A DNA stretch of 64,000 bases from Laetmonice hystrix (taxonomy: Eukaryota). This document shows, one piece after another, positions 12,168 to 24,100 of the stretch. The stretch covers positions 55,740,001 through 55,804,000 of the forward strand of contig OZ249436.1 of the NCBI GenBank assembly GCA_965235115.1, read 5' to 3'. The first letter of the stretch is position 1. The number at the start of each line of letters is the position of its first letter. The notes beneath the pieces were generated by a model. That model saw only the letters and a program-made list of their open reading frames with translations. It was not told the DNA's origin and searched no databases. The position numbers were made by a program, and so were the translations under genes.

Positions 12168-15100
12168 ATGGGACAGTTCGTATCAAGACCTGCTCCACGG
12201 GTAGATATATTGCCGGATTATGACTACGTTATTGGTAAGTAGGCCTACCGTATAATATCAAAGTTGGAATAGAATTATCATGGTGCACTCTTTCACACAC
12301 ACACACAACACCCTCAGGTGACAGTTATGTTCGATGCGTCTGCATAGGTCTCCATTAGCCTACGTTTTGGACTAAGTTCCCTATATTTTTCAAAAATAAA
12401 TAATTAAATGGTCAGGCAAAAACTCCGGGCCCCCAGATATCTAATGGCGGCCTGCTTTTTCCTTATGTATTCCACATTAAAGTGGCCCTCCATTAATTCG
12501 TACATTTATTCGTCAGAAAACAGAAAGTCTATAAAAGAAATTGCCAACTCTACAAGCGCGTGTCCGGGGGGGGGGGGGGGGGTCAACCCCCTGCTCAGGA
12601 TCCCCCGACTTTTTGGGAAAATATATCATCAGAAAACACCCCATATCTGAGCAGAAAAGGCATCGGGAAGCTCAGTAGAAGCAGTGCAATTAATTTTTAG
12701 GGCTAATTGCCCCCAGACTATTGGTGTCGGGCTCTGGCCAACATTGTTGACCCCCGTGCGAACAATCTTGTTAACTCCCCTCCCCCTGCGAAAAATCCTG
12801 CGCACGTCTATAATCTAGCGACCATATTTATAGGCTGGTCACCAACGTTTTAGTCCTTCGCGAAAACGTCTTGGGCTCTACGGACGTTTTGGGCCGTAAC
12901 GTATACAGTCACGCCCAGACGACGTGTTGCCCTCCAGCGTTTGGACGATCCCGCAGCTTCCAACAAAAGAACTGAGAGGAGAACGTTTGCCACAACAGTG
13001 CTCACAACAATTAATAGGTTGTTCTACTGCTAAAATGGAAGTAGGGTAGACTCTATTCAGGTAGGCCTACACTACTAACTATAAGTAGAAGTTCTCTCAC
13101 ACCCTGGCTCCCAATCGGAACGACCGAGCCCTTTGCGGTTTACTTTCCTTTCGGGAACTGGACTCGGACAGTGAAAGTGTAGAAATATGACGGTCACATG
13201 CCGGGAATCCGCCGGATATGTGGTGTGCTCTCTGATCCGGCCGATCGAAAATTTAGTGCAGTCAATACGGGGGTTTCTCAAAACTAGTTCAGGCAAAGCC
13301 CACTAGGCGGCACCAGTCACTGAGCATGTGTCCTGAGCGCTGCAAGAATGCACACCATAACTATAGTCTGTTCACTCTAAGAAGAGCTCGACCTCGGCCT
13401 TTATTAAAGCTATTACTTCATTTGGGATAATACAGAACCACGTGGGATTTGGTCATATTCTTGAATGACAGGCGGTGATGACTTGTGATACGCCAGCTGT
13501 GGGTAGACGGGAGGAGGGGGGCAGGTCAGAGCTTTAATGAGGCCGAGGTCGAGCTCTTCTTAGAGCGAACAGACTATATAACCCTATCCGGACCTATAAA
13601 CTTAACCCACGGGCACGGCAGAGGCCGAGACGGACAGCCAGCGCACCAGGCCGAGCTGGCCGGTGTTTGGATGCATTTGGATGCGAAGCGACGATGCTGA
13701 AATCGGTGGAGCTAAACTTAATTTCGCGTGTTAAACCGTCTCAAGTCAAACTGTATTGTTAGGGAGGGACACATTTTGTTTATCAGCGAACTGGGCAAGG
13801 CTATCAGGCATTTTTGCGAGAAGTAAGCCTTCGCTTCGGTGAGGACCGTTTAGTGTGGGTGGTGAGTCTATGACGACGATGCCAGGTCCTATTACGGTTG
13901 ACCTCAAGGTCAACTTCTGGCATTTTAGCCTGGGCTGGGCTCAAGGGGTAGAATGCGCGATGCGCGATGCCCCCACGCTCACATTCGCGCCCATACGAAC
14001 GAAGATTGCCAAAGATTGCCGAAAGGACTCGAGTGTGAGAATGCGATGCCCCTTGACAACTCAAGATGGGGGGGGGGGGACTACTTAGGCCTACTTATAT
14101 AGTTCGAGGATCTGCAGGTGACCGCGATTCACAACTACTAATACCTGCTTTGATCCTGGGCATGCCTGGCACGTTTCGACAACAGGGGACAGCAATAGTT
14201 TAGGACAGATTTGTAATCTAACTCGCTCACAAAGAAGTGGTATTTTACAGTAGACTATGCTGCTATAATAATGCATCGATGATGTTCGATTGATAGCAGC
14301 AGACCTCTGGCTATTTCTGCACGTTGTTGATAGAAACTTGCTCTCCGATCCCACATGAATGAGAACCACATACGCCAATATGAGCAAGCTGGGGGTGGGG
14401 GGTGGAGGGTGTTTTTTTCAAATAGAAAACTTGAGTTGATTTGAGCTCATGTTTCCATTCCTGTTTTGGTGTATAGTCGGTGGGGGTGCTGCTGGATGCG
14501 TTCTTGCTGCCCGCCTGTCGGAAGACCCGGATGTGACGGTTGTGGTTCTCGAGACCGGAAGTGAGGAGACGCTGGAACCTCTGCTCGAGGTGCCCTTCCT
14601 GGCCCCGAAACTGTCCGACTCAGGCACCTGGGCCACCTATAAGATAGAACCGCAACGAAAGGCATGCTTGTCCATGAGAGATGATGAGGTATGCTAGTGG
14701 GTTGGTGCATGGCTTTTCTATCAAATAGAATGGGGTGTAAAGAGTACCGGTAATGATAATACAGTATTATTACATTATTAAAATATCTACATCTGTTATT
14801 CATCAGGATTTCTGCATGATTCTCGTTATGACTTTCCCTCGTTCTTACTTCATTTTTTTCTTTTATAATTGACGTACCTATATTAACACTTAATTTATGG
14901 TAATCATTTTTAGGCGGGATCGATTCCAGCTGGGAGAGTTTTGGGAGGTGGAAGTTCTATCAATTTTCTACAGTATCTAAGAGGCAGTCGCCATGACTTC
15001 GACGAGTGGGAAGCATTAGGATGTGAGGGGTGGTGTTATAACGATATTGTGAAGTACTTTGTTAAAGCTGAAACGTACGAAAATCCTCATCAAACAGGTT

Positions 15101-18100
15101 TGTAATGATTTGAGTCCTGGTTATTATGTCATATCCGGTTCATACAGTCCCTTGAAGCTATAGACCACTTTTTAAGTCATTTTTTCTTGTAGGCCTACTA
15201 TATATTTAGCTAATTCTTCAAAGGGGAACAGAACTTTTAAGTGACTTAGATTTGCCTTTAGACTCACAATCTTTAAGGCATATACGCACTGCCAATGTAG
15301 TCTTTAATTAATTCCTCAAAGAGGAACAAACTTCTAGGTGACTAGACTCACAAGTTTTAAGGCCGATATATATTCACTACTAATGTTGTCCATAAAAACG
15401 ATTCCAGATAACTACGGACAGGACGGCCCGGTCCAGCTTTCAGACTGTGTGGGATTCCCTAGGATTACCACCGCACTGTTGGATGCCGGGAGGGAGCTAG
15501 GTTATTCGATCGTAGACCTGAACGCTTGTCCAAACATCGGTTCGTTCTGCTCCCAGCCACATCCTCACATTGGGAATCGGAATTCTGAAAAGGCCAAAAC
15601 TCATTTGGCTCCTACTGACTTTTTTGGCCTGGTTTTTCTTGATGATTAGATCTATACCATTGGCAGCACGAGGTGTCAGCCAAAATATACTGTAAAATCC
15701 TACTGCAATACACACTGTGTTTCGGTCCTGCAGGAATCGGTTACAGCCAGCAGAACGTATCAGGAGGTCGACGGTGCAGCACGGTTAAGGCTTACCTCCG
15801 ACCTGCCATGAGTCGTCCCAACCTTCACGTCCTCACGTCGGCCCTCGCCGTCAAGGTCTGTCATCCACCCTCATATAGTCCAGGAATATGGTCCAAAGTA
15901 AAACGGCCAGTTTCTTCTTTACTTGAATCCTTATGCTATATGACCCCCGGTAGCCCTTACATGTTACATTTGTTTAGATACAATTCGAGGCACGTCGCGC
16001 TGTGTCGGTGAGATATGAGCATGACGGTGCGGAGAAGGAAGTGCGCGCCAGACGGGAAATCGTCGTATGCGCAGGCGGCATTGAATCACCCAAACTTCTC
16101 CTGTTATCGGGAGTCGGGCCGCGAGAACAGCTCGACCAACTTGATGTGAGTCCACCAGATGTAGTAACAGGCACTGACTACATGGAGTTACAAGAGTTTT
16201 CTCGATCTGTATCATCAAAGCAACATACAGTAAATGTCATGGGCAATTGGGGGTTGTCCCGGTACAAATCTAAATTGCGATGTGTACTGGTACGATCTAA
16301 TCTAGGTCCTAAACATAAATAAGGAATCTAGAAGTATCACCCTATAGTATACGAACATATTGCACTATATTTTCCCATTTGTCTCTTATATAGGCTACGG
16401 TCGGCCAACGATAATACTTGAACGAGTTCCTAATTTTCCCGCCGGTCACCCGGCCGGTCCAGTGAATATGGTCCTCTTGTAAACAAGGTGACGGTTTTGT
16501 TTATCTCCTAGGTCCCGGTCGTGGCGGACCTTCCCGTCGGAGAAAGGCTTCAGGTCCACACGTTCAGTGATGGAGCTGCAGCCACTCTCACTCACGGGGA
16601 CGGCGTCACTTGGCCCAACGTCACCAGTTCGTGGTCCTGGCTCAAGTACTCACTCTTCCACAAGGGTGGGTATCACTACTCTGCCTTTCGCCGTATATAG
16701 ACTACTCACTCAGGCACGGATCCAGTGGAGGCCCAGAAGGCACCTCCCCTCACAATTGGCCAAGTATATTTCTTCAATGAAATTTTAATGTGACCATGGT
16801 ATACATTATTTGGCTGCTTGAATAAATTATGTTTCTAAGGTTTTATAAACATCTGGGCCCGATTCACAAACAAAGTCAAGTCAATTTTAATTAACTTGAA
16901 ATCCATTTTAACCAATCAGATTCAAGTAAAATTGGCTTCAAGTCAATTAAAATTGACTTGACTTTGTTTGTGAACCGGGCCCAGATTCTCACGATAAATG
17001 AATATATCTTAGATTCCTTTTTGACGGATTTTCACAAATTGTCCACTAATGGCGACCACCTCTGATGGTCTTCCCTTGCAGGTTCCCTATCCCAGGCTGA
17101 CATACCTGGGGCCGGCTACTTTCGGTCAGACTACCAGTCGGATAACGACCCTAAACCCCAGCTCATGTTGGCGGCCCGTACAGGAATACTCGGTAATCTG
17201 AAGCGTACCGAGATGGCCAAACTTAAACCTGAGGTCAGGAGGATTAATATCAAAATATTTTATTCAACATCATCAGTTCTTCCTTTCATGGGGTGGATGC
17301 TCGTTGATCTCCCATGCCTATACCTCGATACGCCCGAACTGTTTCTATATTTTTTGTTTGATTCTAAAATTCTAATAAGTAAGGTTTCGCTTGCTTTTAT
17401 CGACTAAACTAAGCGAAACAGCATGGAAGAAAATGCTCTCTTTTTTATAAATATGTAGTTCGATCCAGTCGTGGTCTTTTGTCTTGCTTCCTTTTTCCCT
17501 TAGAGAATTTCATATATTGACTTCATTATACCCCTTTCTTTTTTTAAATACAAGATTCACGCCTCTATTATTTGCCAGGTCGAGCGGGCTTTATACGGAG
17601 ATTTTGAGCACACTGAGACCGTGACATTCGTTGCTATGTTGTGTCATCCGAAAAGTCGGGGTTTCGTCAGACTCGCGTCTACTGATCCCCATAGCCCACC
17701 TGTCATCGACCCAAAATACCTGGACAGTGACATCGACGTGAAAATATTAGCTGAAGGTGACAGTCTGGGAGTCGGTTCCCCTTCCCTATTCTTGGACTTT
17801 GCCACAGGTTTAGCTTTTTATGTCGGAAATATTCGATACCAGTATCCAGTATCAAGATACGGAAATGGTGAATACAGGTCGAGTATGGTTGTATTTTTCT
17901 TATTTCCAATTCAGGTGTAAGGAAAGGTATAGAGTTGTTGCAGACGAAAGCCTTTCAGGAATTGGGCGCTGAGGTGCTGAGCAGAAAGCACCCGGGGTTG
18001 CAGTTCGACAGCGACACCTACTGGGAAGAGTACGTCAAACACGTGACCTTCTGTATGTCGCACTATGCTGGAACGTGTCGAATGGGGGCGCCACACGACC

Positions 18101-18367
18101 AGCATGCGGTTGTCGATTCTCGGCTGAGGTAAGCACAGGGCAAACGTATACTAAGAACTGATCCATTTTTGACGGGGGGTGGGGTTCATCGCGGAAATAT
18201 TTATGACAAAAAAGGTTTAGGCGCAGGTGGTGATGGGAAAAAGGTAATGACATTCAAACAGTTTGATCTCCTTGGATCCAGCTGAAAACGATCAGTAATT
18301 AGAGTAGTAGGCCTAAAGTTATAATAATCATAATCATAGAACAACAAATAGAATCTACCACTACTAT

Positions 18368-18417
<50 letters not shown>

Positions 18418-18616
18418 TTTTCCTCCAATAAGATTTTATAGGTTAGTATATTTCTCCTTTAGGGTGCGTGGCATTGGGGGACTTCGTGTGGCCGACTGTT
18501 CCATCATGCCGGAAATAACGTCCGGAAACACGCACGCACCGACCATCATGATTGCGGAAAAGGCGGCAGACATGATTCTGGCAGACTCAAGGGTCGACTC
18601 ACCGACCAGCCTGTAG
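12168..18616 (+). CDS. GMC (glucose-methanol-choline) oxidoreductase, FAD-dependent, glucose dehydrogenase/choline dehydrogenase-like; about 578 aa, 11 exons
   Basis: Exons 12168-12234, 14477-14688, 14914-15097, 15408-15539, 15734-15855, 15978-16145, 16512-16665, 17082-17233, 17579-17756, 17915-18128, 18463-18616. All introns are GT-AG, phases are consistent, total 1737 nt. Motifs: [21 protein letters not shown] (FAD GxGxxG), [34 protein letters not shown], catalytic H ([10 protein letters not shown]) and N ([17 protein letters not shown]). Confidence 0.93.
13364..13576. mobile_element. MITE in GMC intron 1
   Basis: About 48-bp TIR: tagtctgttcactctaagaagagctcgacctcggcctttattaaagc / gctttaatgaggccgaggtcgagctcttcttagagcgaacagacta. 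Confidence 0.85.
16853..16984. mobile_element. Short palindromic MITE in GMC intron 7
   Basis: ctgggcccgattcacaaacaaagtcaagtcaattttaatt ... aattaaaattgacttgactttgtttgtgaaccgggcccag, flanked by AT on both sides. Confidence 0.85.
18354..18418. repeat. (CTA)n microsatellite in GMC intron 10
   Basis: About 20 CTA units with few interruptions. Confidence 0.9.
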
Positions 18617-18914
18617 CTAACTCTTCAACATTAAGAATTCCTCACGGCAGACATGATTCGGGCAGACTCAAGGGTCGACTCACCGGCCAGCCTGTAGCTA
18701 ACTCTTCAACATTAAGAATTCCTCACGGCAGACATGATTCGGGCAGACTCAAGGGTCGACTCACCGACCAGCCTGTAGCTAACTGTTCAACATTAAGAAT
18801 TCCTCACGGCAGACATGATTCGGGCAGACTCAAGGGTCGACTCACCGACCAGCCTGTAGCTAACTCTTCAACATTAAGAATTCCCCAGGGCAGACATGAT
18901 TTGAGCAGACTCAA
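18564..18914 (+). repeat. 81-bp minisatellite, about 4.3 copies, starting inside the last GMC exon
   Basis: Units start at 18564, 18645, 18726, 18807 and 18888. The first unit encodes [16 protein letters not shown]. Confidence 0.95.
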
Positions 18915-21176
18915 CGCTCAATTAGCAACTGTTCCTCAGCTGATTAATTCGTCAGGACGGAACTAGATCGGATTGGTGTCGAGCCGGAAACATGAATCGT
19001 AGTTTTAACCATAGACGTCTACTCTATGTCTATGTTTTAACCATGCAGCGAAAGGAAATAAATAAAAGGCCCTTCATGGCCCTTAATGAAAAAAAAAACG
19101 TGGAAAATATAAATATTCGAAAATTGTGTCCGTGTACGAAAACGATATATAAAATTGGCATCTAGCGGCCACGTGCCGCCAAAATATACAAATAACTGAA
19201 TCGGGCTGATACCGGCTCAGCGCCATGTCATGTATGTCCCCTTATTTGATTAGTGTCATCTAGATGGGCTTGCTGTGTTACGAATAAAGGAGTAGACTTT
19301 CCCCCGATCCGGAGGAAGTTAAGGCTATCGGCCTATATGCCGACGTACGGTTGGCCTATCTATGGCATACCTTGCCCATCGTGCAGGCCTTTGTTTGAGT
19401 AGGTCTAATAGTCTGCCCAGTTGAGGGCGGTTGATGAGTAGGTCTAATAGTCTGCCCAGTTGAGGGCGGTTGAGGGTGTTTTAGCGACTTCATTTTTAAA
19501 GGCATAATGCTATCCTTAGGTTAGGTCGATCCGATTAGGCAGTAAGCGTCCGCAGGGCTGGGGGGCAAGAGGGCAGTTGACCCATGGATCATCTGCCACC
19601 CCCAAGTTTTATGTTCACATATAGCCCTAATTTTCGTCAAGTTTGCTCTCCCCCCCCCCCCCCCCCCCATGTTTCCTGTGGACTGCCAATGATCTGCCAA
19701 TGGGAGTGGAAAATTCTCCGAATGGGTGATCATGATGACGACCAGCACACACAACAAGTCTGGCTCTCGACGGCGAGACAGCTGTAATTACTGCTCTGTA
19801 TGACAGATGGCGCCACAACCAGAGTGGCGCCCTCACTTGTCGTTGGCACAAATGCCTGCCATTCTCCCATTCACTGGGCAGCTGCTCTGATAACACAATG
19901 CCCCCTTCAGGACTAGTAAGTCGCGTGGCCAAGTCGTTATCGCAAGGAACTGGAAACGATTCTGAGTTACGGCTAACTCATAGAATGATTTTCAGTTGCG
20001 GCTATCTACGGGAAAGGATTTGGAATTGCAGTTAGGGGGAAAGGGGATTTCAAATTTTACTAATTATACAATATTAATTTTGGGAAGGGGCATGGTATCA
20101 TGCATAAATCTATGATCTCCGTCATTTTTTAAATGGGTAGGGTCTTAATTCCTATAGTTCTCCCTATAAATGCTGAGGTGTGAGAAAAAACACCGTTTTA
20201 TTCGGGTATATAAATATTTTCGAAAAATAAATCGCGATATCATTGTAACGAGCCGTGATAGGTTCACGATTTCGATTTGTAAGTTCTATATTCTGAGGCC
20301 GACTATGAGGCCACCCACAGGGTCAGCCCCCACCGAAAAACGACATCCGATAGCATCAGCTGTGTTCATTCGATCTTCCGGTAATTTGTAATTTAATTAT
20401 GTTTGCTGGCCAACAATTCCATGGTTGTTGAATTACGGGCCTAGTCCTACATGTCGTGATTTGAGATAATAGAACGCAGGCAACTAGTCGATGGATTAAC
20501 TCGACTGGGTTATGTACTAGATCTACTCCCTCGAACGAACCAAGTCTTCCACGTCCAAACCTACAACAATCAGAAACGAGTGACCCGGTTTGTCATTGGT
20601 ATACGCTGAGAAGCTATAATAGTCAAGTTCCATGGCTTCTTGTTTCATCTATATCGTGCGAGTGTTTAGTAAGTTGCTGGCCGTGGACGCTTGACGTTGA
20701 CAAGGTGGAGGTTTCAGTGTTTGAGAGATACAAACATCGAGAGCAAACAATGGCTTCAAATGCTTCAGCACAACTCGATCAGTGGTAAGCGCATTTTGTC
20801 TGTTCGATATGCTAATGTGCGGAATTAAGTGATCCGAATTTAACATACACAGCAAACATGGTTTCCCCTATACACATTAACATTTCCAAAATAATCTCGG
20901 TAAAAACTAAAGTGCAACTTCAGGAGTGTACAGATGACTCCATTCTTTTCTCGATATTCCTCAATCCAGAGCCACATAAGAATAGTACTGTAGGCACAAT
21001 CGGCAAGACTATTACACAAAATCGATTTGCACTCGACAACTCATGGTATCAATCAGCCGGTCTCTTCATAACTTTCAGATATGGGCCCAAACGAAACGAC
21101 CATGAGGGTACTTGATGAAGCATGATCGCTCCAAAAGATGGGAATCGGACAGACAATCATCCGATTATTGTAGACA

Positions 21177-24100
21177 ATGTGGTGGCCGATTCTCCTAGCA
21201 GTTTTTCTTTGGGCACAGGCCATTTCGGCTGATATTTTCGTCCCACAACTTTCGGATAAACATGTTACCATTAAAGGAGATTTCAGTCTGGGCGTTTTGC
21301 TGCCGGTCCACGGATTTAGCGCACAGAGAGACTTCTGTGCGGATGGCGTAGATGATCTTTCTCTTCTTCAGCGTCTAGAAGCCATTTCATTCGCTGTCGA
21401 AGAGATAAATCTACGGGATGATATTCTATCCAATCATACTCTCGGTTTCTTTTTGTACGACGACTGTAACAAAGGGATGGCGGCATTGGCTCAGACATTA
21501 AGGTTCATTCAGGACCGCCGTCAACGAGAAGGAGTCTGTATGCCGGAACTTCCCGACTTCTGCACGGACCCGAACATCCGGACTCATAACGTGGTCGGGT
21601 TGTTAGCCTCCGAGAGCAGCGTCACCTCCGCCAGGGTGGCTTCCCTCCTGACTTTTACTCGCATCCCACAAGTCAGCTACTTGGCCACGTCGCCAATCTT
21701 TAATAACAAAATGAGATATCCGTATTTCCAGAGGGGTGTCCCCCCAGACACTGAACAGGCCGCGGCCATCGTTGCTCTAATGCAGCATTTTAACTGGACG
21801 TACGGGTCTATCGTCTATTCGGAGGGTGAATATGGCAAAGAGGGTTATCAGGCCTTGGAGCGCGCGGCCAAGAAGCGGGGCATTTGCTTTATAAAGGCTC
21901 AGGAAATCCCCCGCGACTGGGCCCCGGGGTTATACCATCGGCTTGTCCTTGAGCTCCTGTTGAAGAATAATGCGACGACTGTGGTGGTGTGGGTATCTCA
22001 GTTCCAGACCCGGCTCCTCCTGGAAGCAGCCGACAGGATGCGGGTAGGTGGTCGCATCACGTGGATATTCTCGGACGCCTCAGCCCGGAACATTGCCGAC
22101 CTTGACGGTATCTACGAGTCAGCGCTCGGAGCATTCTCTGTCAATATCAACTCCAGTAACGTACGGCGGTTTGATGAACGTTACAGCCGATTAAAAGTAA
22201 CCGAAACAATTAATCCATGGTTAAATGTATTCTTGGAGACTTACTATAACTGTACCTTGGAGTCAAATACAACAGTTTCCACATTTGACAAATGTCCAGT
22301 GGAATTGAAGTTTTCGGACCATCCGCTTTACAGCCCCGATAAAGTGGTTTCACTAGTGTACGATGCCGTTTATACGTTTGCCCACGGATTGAACGACGCT
22401 TTACAATCCTCTAAGTGTGTGAACCAAACCGGAGAGGATCAAATCCGATGTGTCGGATCGAATTTGGTACACTACCTTCCTAAAGTACGTTTTGCAGGGG
22501 AAGACCGTGACGTACATTTTGATAGAAACGGCAATGTCCATCGGTCTTACACAATAAACAACGTCCAAAACAGGACTGGAAAGTGGAACTTGACTCACAT
22601 AGCCACGTTCCGAGCCGAAACACGTCAGCTTCAGTTCACAGGTGAACCGGTCCAGTGGAGTCAAGGCAAACAGCCCACGTCTGTGTGCAGTAAGACTTGT
22701 GACAAAGGGCACGCCCAGGTACGCAATGCTCTCTCAGACAGATTCCTACCTGTATAGATCAGGTTATGTGCATTTACGTAAACATTGTATTGAGGACATG
22801 CAATAGTCTTTATTTAATGTGAAACGCATTGTGTCAACGATTATACCAGGATAATTGAATCTTGTCTCCCCAAACTATGATGTACCTTGCAATTCCCCCT
22901 TTTTATTTGGTTGTAGAGATGAGGAGCGAACCAAGTAAACAGGTCTGTCTAACAAAATACAATATTTGTCCTTTTTTTAAAACATAATTATTGTCCACGT
23001 TGTATATTTGGGTTTGTGTACAGTTCATGGCGGACGGTTGGTGCTGCTGGGTGTGCGAGCCGTGTGCAGACAACCAGTACGCCCGGCCTGTGTTTGGTAC
23101 CATGCGCTGTTTCAACTGTCGGCCGGGAACCCTGCCTGACCCCGCCACCCGGACTACCTGCCGGCCAATCCACCCCACTTACCTCAAGGTAAGCGAATAC
23201 TGACGGGGTGGTTGTGGTGGGGGGGGGGGGGTAACCAATCCAACCAACTACCTCAAGGTAAATGAGTAGTATAGGAGGTCTACCAATACAACCCAACTAT
23301 CTCAGGGTAAATGAGTAGTGTGTGTGTGTGTGGGGGGGGTCTTCCCATCCAACCGAATTACCTCAGGCTAAATGAGTAGTACATAATGAATACAACATGA
23401 AAGCAAGCTTTCTAACGGTAAGTCGTTTTACTTAACTTCGATACTTTGAGCTAGAGATCAGGGGGCAGTTGCACGGCTTTTCCTTGGCTTTCGGTCGTTG
23501 ACATTTCAGTGTAAACTATTTTGAAAGGGAGGTTTAAACAAAATGGAGAAACGTGCAATTGCTGTGGAATTCTGACCGAGTTTGAGAGAGTAATTGATGA
23601 TGTGGGTGATTCTCAGTGGCATGAACCGTTGGGCGTGCTCGTGTCATCCATCGCGGCCAGCGGTTTGGTCGCCTGCCTCCTCACCGCCGCCATCTTCATG
23701 ATGAAGAATTCCAACGCCCTAGTGAAGGCGAGCAGCCGGGAGCTCTCCTATCTTCTGCTCGCCTCTCTCATCGTCTCCTACTCTTTCTGCTACTGCTTCG
23801 TCATTAAACCCTCCGATGTCGTCTGCTTCCTGCGTCTCCTCGGCCTCAGCCTCTGTTTCACACTCATGTACGCGCCACTTGTCGTCAAGACAACCAGGAT
23901 ATACCGGATCTTTGAGTCGGGACAGAGAATGAATCGGAGGCCGTCATGTGTTAGTTTCAGGTCTCAGATGGGAATCTCTGTCGGTATTGTTGTTCTACAT
24001 GTGAGTACATTTGGTCCGTTCCATTTGGTAATATTTAGGCCCCTACAAAAATAAAAACAAAGGCCAACGAAGTATATAGTATCATGTAATGGAGAAGTCA

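Noticed and set aside
18614..18640. Stop-codon readthrough into the minisatellite (TAG CTA context)
   Set aside because: A second in-frame stop (TAA) follows five codons later, so readthrough cannot yield a repeat-encoded extension.
19397..19473. 38-bp tandem duplication (and a similar approximately 44-bp pair near 63463-63550)
   Set aside because: Ordinary local slippage duplications with no functional signal.
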